Source: Candidatus Latescibacterota bacterium
GTDB taxonomy: Bacteria; Latescibacterota; UBA2968
Direction of reading: 5' to 3'
Assembly: GCA_965116885.1 (NCBI GenBank)
Contig: OZ220741.1
Location: 3,904,001-3,968,000 of the forward strand
DNA length: 64,000 nucleotides
This document shows, in pieces, positions 9,146 through 17,240 of this stretch. The stretch's first letter is position 1. Each line of letters starts with the position of its first letter. The translations under genes were made by a program, and so were the position numbers. The notes below the pieces were generated by a model, which searched no databases, had not been told where the DNA came from, and saw nothing but the letters and a program-made list of their open reading frames with translations.

Positions 9146-10303
9146 ATGTTCTTAAAATTATTAAAACCAAAATGGGTGCTGGGTGTGATCTTCGCTTTAT
9201 TTTGTATTTTTAGCCCAATCACTTTGAAAGCGTCACTGACCGATTTTGATGGCAATGGCAAAGTCGATTTTGCCGATTTTCTACTTTTTGTAGCTGTATT
9301 TGGGCAATCGGCTGCTGGGCAAAATGCGATTTTCGATCTGGACACAAGTGGCAAAGTCGATTTTGGAGATTTTTTAATTTTTGCCAGTGCTTTTGGGCAA
9401 CCCGCCTCTGATCCTGTTCGCGGTGTTAGCACTCAGGGTTTTGCAACGCAAACAATTTCCAATCTGCTCGATTGTCCCGGGGGGCGTATAAGTCGTGTGG
9501 GGACCATTACATCTGACGATGGCAATGTGTGGATTATGCCCGCCGAGACGCTATACACAACCGCAAGACATGCATCGGATATGTATAACCAATGCACAGG
9601 TGTTTTCACTTCCAGTAGCAGTGCTCTCAATTTGTCGGCTGTGCCAGTTGTAGAGATCGATAGAGATGGTGAGACGATTACGGGATATATCTTTGCTGAC
9701 AATTACTTTGAGTTGTATGTGAACGGTATCTTGATCGCAGTTGATTCAGTTCCGTTCACACCGTTTAATTCGAGCATGGTTCGGTTTAAGGTTAAGCGAC
9801 CATTTACGATTGCAATGAAGTTGGTCGATTGGGAAGAGAATCTGGGGCTTGGCACAGAAGCTAATCGCAATTTTTTACACCATCCTGGAGATGGTGGTTT
9901 GGTAGCGAGTTTTCACGATGCCAATGGAAATACGGTTGCAATTACAAATGGTCAATGGAAAGCGCAGACTTTCTATATTGCACCCATTAGAGATTTGAGC
10001 TGTATTGTTGAGAAGGAGACCGAGCATTTGTCCGGCGACTGTGACACGCGGGGTACAAATGATGGGAGTCAATTTTACGCAATGCACTATCCCGTCCCAT
10101 CTAACTGGTCTGAAAGCGACTTTGATGATTCGGCCTGGCCACGGGCATATACTTATACAAATGCGACAGTTGGTGTGAACAACAAACCCGCATATACTAA
10201 TTTTACGGATCTATTTGATGATCCTGAGCACGATGCACAATTTATATGGTCATCGAATCTCATTTTGGACAATGAAGTGATTGTGCGATATACCGTAAAG
10301 TAG
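9146..10303 (+). CDS. Secreted hypothetical protein with N-terminal dockerin-like tag
   Basis: Signal peptide; DFDGNGKVDFADF...DLDTSGKVDFGDF; ADNYFELYVNG and FDDSAWP segments suggest a beta-sandwich. Confidence 0.8.
   Translation: MFLKLLKPKWVLGVIFALFCIFSPITLKASLTDFDGNGKVDFADFLLFVAVFGQSAAGQNAIFDLDTSGKVDFGDFLIFASAFGQPASDPVRGVSTQGFATQTISNLLDCPGGRISRVGTITSDDGNVWIMPAETLYTTARHASDMYNQCTGVFTSSSSALNLSAVPVVEIDRDGETITGYIFADNYFELYVNGILIAVDSVPFTPFNSSMVRFKVKRPFTIAMKLVDWEENLGLGTEANRNFLHHPGDGGLVASFHDANGNTVAITNGQWKAQTFYIAPIRDLSCIVEKETEHLSGDCDTRGTNDGSQFYAMHYPVPSNWSESDFDDSAWPRAYTYTNATVGVNNKPAYTNFTDLFDDPEHDAQFIWSSNLILDNEVIVRYTVK
9171..9282 (+). repeat. 112-bp signal-peptide plus tag module, repeated at 14568-14679
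   Basis: Ungapped manual alignment, 12 mismatches in 112 nt (~89% identity). Confidence 0.9.
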
Positions 10304-10338
10304 TGTTATGCTAAGTCGATATTTGATTGGGAATTGTG

Positions 10339-10938
10339 ATGGCAGAACGAAATCTCTATAAAGAAAATCAAGACGAAGACTTTGATTTTAAGATACTTGT
10401 GGATCAATACCAGGAGCGTGTATTGAATTTGTGCTATCGGTTTGTCAACCATCGGGAAGATGCTGAAGATGTGGCGCAGGATGTATTTGTGGAAATCTAT
10501 CGCTCAATTGGAAATTTTCGGAACGATGCGAAGTTAAGTACCTGGATTCACCGTATTGCCGTTAATAAGTCGCTGGATTTTGTGCGAAAGAAAAATCGCA
10601 AAAAGCGCTTTGGACAGGTCAAATATTTCCTTGGGCTTGAGGAAGTGGAGAATCAGTTGCGCGCTTCTCCAGACTCTCAACCCGAGGTTGTGCTGGAGAC
10701 AAAGGAATGTGCTGCGATTTTGAGACAGGCTGTGGCGTCTTTGTCAAAAAAACAACGGACTGCTATAATTTTAAATAAGTTTGAGGGATTCAGCTATGCA
10801 GAAGTAGCCGATGTTATGGAGACAACTGTTTCGGCTGTTGATTCCCTCATTCAACGAGGCCTGAAGAATTTGCGAAAGAAACTATACAGATATTATGAGG
10901 AAGATTTTAAAAATAAAAAAATGCGAAGGGATCTATAA
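10339..10938 (+). CDS. ECF-type RNA polymerase sigma-70 factor
   Basis: DAEDVAQDVF, STWIHRIAVNKSLD (region 2); EGFSYAEVADVM (region 4). Confidence 0.93.
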   Translation: MAERNLYKENQDEDFDFKILVDQYQERVLNLCYRFVNHREDAEDVAQDVFVEIYRSIGNFRNDAKLSTWIHRIAVNKSLDFVRKKNRKKRFGQVKYFLGLEEVENQLRASPDSQPEVVLETKECAAILRQAVASLSKKQRTAIILNKFEGFSYAEVADVMETTVSAVDSLIQRGLKNLRKKLYRYYEEDFKNKKMRRDL

Positions 10939-10952
10939 AAAATCACGTCTAA
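10924..10952 (+). promoter_or_regulatory. ECF-type promoter CGAAGG-N16-CGTCTAA
   Basis: Overlaps the end of the sigma gene; same spacing as the motif at 11889-11917. Confidence 0.6.
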
Positions 10953-10975
10953 CTATAGATGAGGAAAGAAAGTCT

Positions 10976-11287
10976 ATGAGCCGGGAACGAAAAATAGAAG
11001 AAGCAGTTGAGCAAACGCTTCAGAGCTTTGAGTCTGCCGACAGACTGCAACCCTCGCCCTTTTTTTATACAAGGCTTCGGGCAAGGATTGAGGGGCTGCA
11101 TCGAGGTGCGACTCAACGGTATCGATTCGCATTTGGTGTGTTGAGATTCGTTTCTCTCTCGCTACTACTTATTTGGAATATTGTGACGGTGACCTACCTT
11201 ATTGGAAGCGATCAAACAGAAGCCTATGATCGAAGTGAGATGATTAGTGTATTTGCTGAACTTTATGTGCTTGAGGGAGACGAATAA
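10976..11287 (+). CDS. Putative anti-sigma factor (single transmembrane helix)
   Basis: Directly follows the ECF gene; PSPFFYTRLRARI motif then a hydrophobic helix. Confidence 0.75.
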   Translation: MSRERKIEEAVEQTLQSFESADRLQPSPFFYTRLRARIEGLHRGATQRYRFAFGVLRFVSLSLLLIWNIVTVTYLIGSDQTEAYDRSEMISVFAELYVLEGDE

Positions 11288-11299
11288 AAGGGTGCTTAT

Positions 11300-11833
11300 A
11301 TGAGCAACTTCTGGCAAAAGGGATTTGGTGCGTGGGCTATCGCATTGCTTCTTATTTTTAATATCTCTACACTGTCTCTATTGTGGTACAAAGAAATCAA
11401 CAAACCAACGCGACCGGTGAGAGGCCCTGCTAATGCGTTAGATAATAGGGAGAGAATGCTGCGATTTATTGAACGCGAACTCGATTTGAGTAAGGAACAA
11501 GCTCGAGAATTTAGAAAGCTACACAGTGTATATCTTCAGCAGAGCAAGGTGTTACGGGATGAAATTCGGGATTTGAAGCGAAATCAATTGCAAGTAGAGA
11601 TGTTTACAAGCAAGGCAGATACGCTCAAGATAAATCAGGCGGCCAGACGGATTGCCGATAAACAATTTGAATTTGAGAAACAGACCTTCTTACATTTTCA
11701 AAAATTGAAAGCCTTGATTGGCGAAGATCAGGAAGAGAGTTTGAAAGCCTTATTAGATGAAGTATTTATGAAGCAGGGCAATAGTCGTCCCCCAAGTCGT
11801 GGGCGATCTCGTCCTCCCAATAACGGCTCATAA
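11300..11833 (+). CDS. Spy/CpxP/ZraP-like periplasmic (heavy-metal sensor-type) protein
   Basis: N-terminal TM ending LLIFNISTL, ELDLSKEQ and LIGEDQ LTxxQ-like motifs, helical. Confidence 0.75.
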   Translation: MSNFWQKGFGAWAIALLLIFNISTLSLLWYKEINKPTRPVRGPANALDNRERMLRFIERELDLSKEQAREFRKLHSVYLQQSKVLRDEIRDLKRNQLQVEMFTSKADTLKINQAARRIADKQFEFEKQTFLHFQKLKALIGEDQEESLKALLDEVFMKQGNSRPPSRGRSRPPNNGS

Positions 11834-11849
11834 AATACAGTCCTTTTTG

Positions 11850-11885
11850 CAAAAAACTTGGCACTTGCCGAGTTTTTTGTTTTTT
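11850..11885 (+). terminator. Intrinsic terminator (possibly bidirectional)
   Basis: CAAAAAACTTGGC-ACTT-GCCGAGTTTTTTG hairpin followed by a T-run. Confidence 0.75.
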
Positions 11886-11888
11886 GCC

Positions 11889-11917
11889 CGCAGGTTTTCT
11901 TCCTATCTGCCGTCTAA
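11889..11917 (+). promoter_or_regulatory. ECF-type promoter CGCAGG-N16-CGTCTAA
   Basis: Lies just after the terminator and 43 nt before ATG 11961; matches 10924-10952. Confidence 0.6.
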
Positions 11918-11960
11918 GCCTATAAGCCAGGGATAAATTGGAGACTACAGGAGGTGGCAA

Positions 11961-14555
11961 ATGATGAGGCAACAATTGAGGATGTTCGGATTGGTTTTTT
12001 GCATGATGAGTGTGTTGTGTACCAGTTATGCAGAAGGGCATATGCTCTACAGTGATGAAAGTGATGTGACAGATTTCAATGACGACGGAAAAACGGACTT
12101 CATTGATTTTGTCATGTTCGCGGCTGCATTTGGTTCGCAACAGATACAATTCGATTTAAATCAGAATGGTCTGGTGGATTTTCCCGACTTTCTTGTGTTT
12201 ATATCTGCATTTGGACAGCCCGGGTCTGGATCTTCTGGTGGCACGGATGGCGATGCCCCTGTGAGCGCACAAGCATTCCAGCATTTTGCGGATCGGCTAA
12301 ATATTCGGTGGGATGATGATTTTTTATATATCGAGTCCGACGCTTTTCCCGATCACCGCATGATGGTGGGGATTACAGCTTGGAATCAGCAGGTGCCTTT
12401 GCCGCAGCCTTATCAGGGCGATAATGCATGGCAGATTCCACTGAAACCCGCGGTTGCCGATGTGCCAGTTTATGCAAGCCAGACGCTGTTTCGGGGGGCT
12501 ATTGGTCTGGCTATTAACGGCGTGCCCATTTTTAATCCCATCAAACAGAATGGCCGCACCGACACGTATTTGGCTGGGGAGTTAGATGAATTTGGGGGGC
12601 ATGCCGGTCGTGCGGACGACTATCACTACCATATCGCGCCGTTGTTTCTTACAGAAAAAGTGGGCGATGCCGTACCTATTGCGTATGCCCTGGATGGGTA
12701 CCCGATGTATGGACTCAATGAACCCGATGGTACTCCGGCGAAAGATCTGGACGATTTGAACGGACATTTTGATGCAAATGGAAATTATCACTATCACAGC
12801 ACGCTGGATTATCCCTATGTCAATGGCGGATTTAAGGGTGTTATTGAACTTTTCAGAGGAGAAGAAGTCGCAAATCAACCCCGTACAAGGCCCGTTCGCC
12901 CTTCTGGGACGGGTATGAGGGCGAATATCACAGATTTTGTGAAAGGAACAGATGGCTGGTATCGGCTTACGTATGAGGCAAACGGTGGAATACACGCGAT
13001 TGCCTATTTTCTCAGACCAGATGGGGATTATGATTTTCAATTTATAGATGCCAGTGGCAATATCACGCGACAGACTTACCGCTCCAATGGGAGTGTTGAG
13101 GTAGAAGGCGATGCGGGAACGTCAGGCCAGAGCGGTGGGTCTGATGATTCAGGCCCCCAAACAGTAACCGATCCACCCGATACGGATTCCGATTCTTTGT
13201 TTGTTGCGTCCGAGTTGTTGGGACGACCAACCGATAGGTCCATAACTGTCAATGTGGTTCCATCAGCAGACCTGGAAATTTATCTGGAATACGGAACAGA
13301 ATCAGGTGTTTACACAAAGCAGACATCCGTGGTGGTGGGGACACGAAATACACCGATTGAAATTGCGATGGATGGGTTGCTTTCTAACACGCGGTATTAT
13401 TATCGAACGCGCTACCGGCGCGCAGGAGAAACAGAGTTCAAAAGGCGGGGCGAATATACGTTTCACACATATCGTTCACCGGGTACAACATTCACTTTTT
13501 CAATTCAGGCCTGCGCACATTTAGATGGTCGATCCAGTCTGGAACTCTATCATCGCTCGCTGGAAAATGTCGCAGCATATCAGTCCGATTTTCTCATTGA
13601 TCTCGGTGATACATTTATGTGCAACAAACACTCAGAACCACTTACGGCGACTGTAAGACCCGCACCCGATTACGCAACCGTTGAGCGTCGGTATTTGTAC
13701 GAGCGTGGAAATTTTGGAAAGATTACGCATTCTATTCCGCTGTTTCTCGTCAATGGCAACCACGATGGGGAAGAGGGGTGGTCCTTGAATGGTACGCCGA
13801 ACAATGTGGCTGTTTGGGCTACATTGGCGCGTAAAAAATATTATACGAATCCCGTACCAGATGTGTTCTACTCCGGAGGTTCCGATGAAGAGCCGTTTGT
13901 TGGCGTGAGAGAGAGTTATTATTCGTGGTCGTGGGGAGATGCGCTATTTGTTGTGATTGACCCTTATTGGTACACGACGACAAAGCCCAAACGCGGCGGC
14001 GTATCGGATAACTGGCGCTGGACCCTTGGCGAAAAGCAATATCAGTGGCTTCGACAAGTGCTGGAGGCGAGTGATGCGACCTTTAAATTTATCTTTTCAC
14101 ATCACCTGGTGGGGGGTATTCATACAGGAGAAGGACGCGGCGGTATTGAGATGGCTCCGTATTACGAATGGGGTGGTAAGAACAGAGACGACAGTTGGGG
14201 GTTTGACACAAAACGCGCGGGATGGGGCAAGCCTATTCATCAACTGATGGTGGAGAACAATGTGTCGGCTTTTTTTCACGGTCATGACCATGTGTTTGTG
14301 AAGCAGGAGTTAGATGGGGTGGTGTATCAAGTGTTGCCACAACCGAGTAACACCAATTATCGGAATGGTGACAAAATAGCTGCTGAAGGGGGATATTTTA
14401 GTGGTACTGTCCTGGGAAATTCTGGGCATTTGCGTGTAACTGTTTCTCCTGATGATGTTGTGGTAGAATACATCAGAGCTTATCTGCCAGGAGATGAAGG
14501 TGCTGGACGGGCAAATGGCGAGGTGAGCTATTCTTATCGGATAGAGAAAAAATGA
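11961..14555 (+). CDS. Secreted dockerin-like + YHYH + purple-acid-phosphatase-like metallophosphoesterase fusion
   Basis: Signal peptide; double DF tag; GHAGRADDYHYH, YALDGYP, NYHYH; FN3-like segment ending NTRYYYR; DLGDTF, GNHD, FSHH, GHDH. Confidence 0.88.
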   Translation: MMRQQLRMFGLVFCMMSVLCTSYAEGHMLYSDESDVTDFNDDGKTDFIDFVMFAAAFGSQQIQFDLNQNGLVDFPDFLVFISAFGQPGSGSSGGTDGDAPVSAQAFQHFADRLNIRWDDDFLYIESDAFPDHRMMVGITAWNQQVPLPQPYQGDNAWQIPLKPAVADVPVYASQTLFRGAIGLAINGVPIFNPIKQNGRTDTYLAGELDEFGGHAGRADDYHYHIAPLFLTEKVGDAVPIAYALDGYPMYGLNEPDGTPAKDLDDLNGHFDANGNYHYHSTLDYPYVNGGFKGVIELFRGEEVANQPRTRPVRPSGTGMRANITDFVKGTDGWYRLTYEANGGIHAIAYFLRPDGDYDFQFIDASGNITRQTYRSNGSVEVEGDAGTSGQSGGSDDSGPQTVTDPPDTDSDSLFVASELLGRPTDRSITVNVVPSADLEIYLEYGTESGVYTKQTSVVVGTRNTPIEIAMDGLLSNTRYYYRTRYRRAGETEFKRRGEYTFHTYRSPGTTFTFSIQACAHLDGRSSLELYHRSLENVAAYQSDFLIDLGDTFMCNKHSEPLTATVRPAPDYATVERRYLYERGNFGKITHSIPLFLVNGNHDGEEGWSLNGTPNNVAVWATLARKKYYTNPVPDVFYSGGSDEEPFVGVRESYYSWSWGDALFVVIDPYWYTTTKPKRGGVSDNWRWTLGEKQYQWLRQVLEASDATFKFIFSHHLVGGIHTGEGRGGIEMAPYYEWGGKNRDDSWGFDTKRAGWGKPIHQLMVENNVSAFFHGHDHVFVKQELDGVVYQVLPQPSNTNYRNGDKIAAEGGYFSGTVLGNSGHLRVTVSPDDVVVEYIRAYLPGDEGAGRANGEVSYSYRIEKK

Positions 14556-15913
14556 CCAGATACACACAATGGGCTTTGGGTGCGGTCTTCGCTTTATTTT
14601 GCATTTTTAGCCCAATTACTTTGAAAGCGTCACAGCCTGATTTTGATGGAAATGGCAAGGTCGATTTTGCCGATTTTCTCGCCTTTGCTGGTGCTTTTGG
14701 CACCGATCAAGTCAAATTTGATCTCAATCAAAATGGGCAGGTAGATTTTCCTGACTTTCTAATATTTGTTAGAGCATATGGTGCGAATGGTGACACATCC
14801 TTACCCGAGCCGTCTGCATTTTACAAGCTACCAGATGATTGGCAGGTTGTACCTATAGAACAACAAAATTGTGCAAAAGAGGATCTTGTTGGTGTTGATC
14901 ATGTTTATGTTGAAACGGCATCAAAATTGTTGGTGTGGCTTACCGGCACGGTTGAAGATGCACATTATGAACCCATTGGTGAGGTGGCAAATTATTTTGG
15001 TTTTGCAGCACTCAGGAACGAGATTCGGGAACGCGATGGGAACAATGCAGATACCTCTTTTCGAGGTGCAGTCTATAAGGAAGTCCTGGAGCTTTTGGAT
15101 GATACTCAACGGTCGTTGTTATATGAATTATTGGCCGAACATCGAACGGCAATCAACGGATTTTTGGAAGACCGTGTTTTGTTGGTCGATGAATTGTGGC
15201 GTTTAAAAAATAACGTTACAATGGACTATGTTCGTGTGATGAACTTGATACAATCAATTGGGGAATACGAAGGTACCATTACGGTCATAACGGCCCAATA
15301 CTATGCAAAATTACTACCTCTTTTGAGCGCTGAACAGGTGCAATACTTAGAAAATATTCGTCGTGGCGTTGTCACCGTAGATCAGATGCAAAATACCTCA
15401 TTGCCATATGCTGCAGAAGCAAAAACTCAATTTAACGCACTTAGCCGTGATGATGCTACATTGATGCAGGAAGTGTCGAGCAAGTTCGTTGCCTGGGCAA
15501 CGGGTGATTTATATGACGCGCTCTTTTTGCCAAGAGGTAAAATTGGCAACTATTTTGGGTTTTCAAGCTTTCGGTATGTGGATCGAACATCAGTGAGTCG
15601 TGGGGGGGCTGCGGATTTGATCGACCAGGTATTAACCCCAGATCAACAAGCCATTCTTTGTGGTCTCTCGACTAATGTTGTGGGTTATACCCAGGATTAT
15701 GTTAATGGCCGAGCGACTTTGATCACGAAATTGGATGCTCTCAAAAAAGATCCTACGCTGCCAGTAGATCATCTTGTAACGGACTATGCTGACCTGGCTG
15801 GCCAGGGTGAGGGCCGCAGGGTAGTGGTAGAAGCATTAACATATCATCTCATAGAGTCTATGATGAGTGCAGAACAAATCCAAAGTCTTAAAGCACTTAG
15901 AGTCACAAATTAA
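14552..15913 (+). CDS. Secreted dockerin-like protein with internally duplicated helical domain (LTxxQ-like motifs)
   Basis: Signal plus tag; SKLLVWLTG...NYFGF repeated as SKFVAWATG...NYFGF; LDDTQ, LSAEQ, LTPDQ, MSAEQ. Confidence 0.8.
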   Translation: MTRYTQWALGAVFALFCIFSPITLKASQPDFDGNGKVDFADFLAFAGAFGTDQVKFDLNQNGQVDFPDFLIFVRAYGANGDTSLPEPSAFYKLPDDWQVVPIEQQNCAKEDLVGVDHVYVETASKLLVWLTGTVEDAHYEPIGEVANYFGFAALRNEIRERDGNNADTSFRGAVYKEVLELLDDTQRSLLYELLAEHRTAINGFLEDRVLLVDELWRLKNNVTMDYVRVMNLIQSIGEYEGTITVITAQYYAKLLPLLSAEQVQYLENIRRGVVTVDQMQNTSLPYAAEAKTQFNALSRDDATLMQEVSSKFVAWATGDLYDALFLPRGKIGNYFGFSSFRYVDRTSVSRGGAADLIDQVLTPDQQAILCGLSTNVVGYTQDYVNGRATLITKLDALKKDPTLPVDHLVTDYADLAGQGEGRRVVVEALTYHLIESMMSAEQIQSLKALRVTN

Positions 15914-15952
15914 ACGATTCAGCTCAAATTTTTCTTTTATAGATTGGCAAAA

Positions 15953-16325
15953 GAACAACAAATCCGCATATACGAATTTTACAGATCTATTTGGTGCTCC
16001 AGAACGCGATGCACTCGTTTTTCATTTTCCACATTACGATATGGATCTCGCAGGGCCTGCATCGGCAATCATGTTGGGTGATTACAAGCTGATCAAGTTT
16101 TATGAGACCAATAAATTGCATCTGTTTGATCTGAGTAAGGATATAGGTGAGGAGAATGATCTGGCAGGTCGTAAACCCGAGGTTGTTGCGAAATTACATG
16201 GCCGACTGAATGAATATTTAGCATCCGTTGATGCCCAAATGCCCCGGCCCAATCCAAATTACGATCCGAGTAGTCCGGTCGGTGGGCGAAGGGAGAGAAA
16301 TAATCGGAGGCGAAGAACGCAGTAA
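15953..16325 (+). pseudogene. Chimeric relic: 62-bp copy of 10177-10238 fused in frame to a sulfatase C-terminus
   Basis: 54/62 nt identity to the 9146-10303 gene, then LVFHFPHY...DAQMPRPNPNY paralogous to the 6183 sulfatase; no credible start. Confidence 0.8.
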
Positions 16326-16608
16326 TCTTTGTCCCTGCGGCGGACAGATGGGCAAGTGGTACATATTTTTCACATAACCGCCCATTCATCGCTCAAAATG
16401 TACAGAGATTGTTCTGCGCCAAATAGACAATCCTTAAATTCAAGTTGAAAAAAAGGACGCAATACGGCATATTGAAGGCAAAATAAGGATATTTGATGCT
16501 GTCCATACCATTTGTCGTGCGATTCTGTGACATTGGCCCGATATTTGCTGGGGTTCTGACTGTTGCGTTTGTCCAAAATACGACCAACCCTCAGACCAAG
16601 CATTTCAC

Positions 16609-16990
16609 ATGGCAGAATTCGATACGATATCCAAACACCTGATTCAGAAATATCCCGACGACTTCTGATATCATATTGAAGGAGGGCATCATGGATCTGA
16701 TCCGCGAATCATCACTTTTTCAATCCCTTACTCAGCAAAGCAGAGACGAAAGTTTTGAACAGGGCAGAGAGGAAGGCAGAGAGGAGGGCATTGAGCAAGG
16801 GGGTAGAGAACGCGCTATTGAGGATATTCTCGACGTGCTGGAGATTCGATTTGATCTCCGTCAGACAGATCCCTTATCTGCTCGCATTTCAGCTATTGAA
16901 GATTTACAACGCCTCAAGCAGTTGCACCGTGTGGCCATACAGGTTTCCAATCTTGATGAATTTGAACGCATGTTAGATTCAACGGTGTGA
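16609..16990 (+). pseudogene. Internally deleted Rpn/YhgA-like gene; C-terminal ORF 16691-16990 intact with own RBS
   Basis: MAEFDTISKHLIQKYPDDF* joined out of frame to ...MDLIRESSLFQ...EQGREEGREEGIEQG...LEIRF; AAGGAGG precedes ATG 16691. Confidence 0.65.
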
Positions 16991-16991
16991 T

Positions 16992-17240
16992 ATGAAAAAA
17001 ATATCATCATCCATCCCAATTTATACCATCGGTTACGGTAGCCGTTCCATTGAGCAATTCATCGAAGTACTACAACAACATGAAATTGCCTACCTTATCG
17101 ATGTGCGTTCAGCTCCTTATTCTCGCTATAAACCCGAATTTTCCAAAGAGGCACTGGAGGCGAAGCTGCAACAACACCGGATTCGGTATGTGTTCATGGG
17201 CGATACGTTGGGCGGGCACCCCGATGACGAAACTTGTTAT
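16992..17240 (+). pseudogene. DUF488 family gene truncated by IS insertion
   Basis: IYTIGYG, LIDVRSAPYSRY, LGGHP; family-like sequence stops at the IS left end. Confidence 0.85.

Noticed and set aside
15867..15952. Start of the called 152-aa ORF
   Set aside because: Overlaps the upstream gene, has no RBS, and similarity begins only at 15953.
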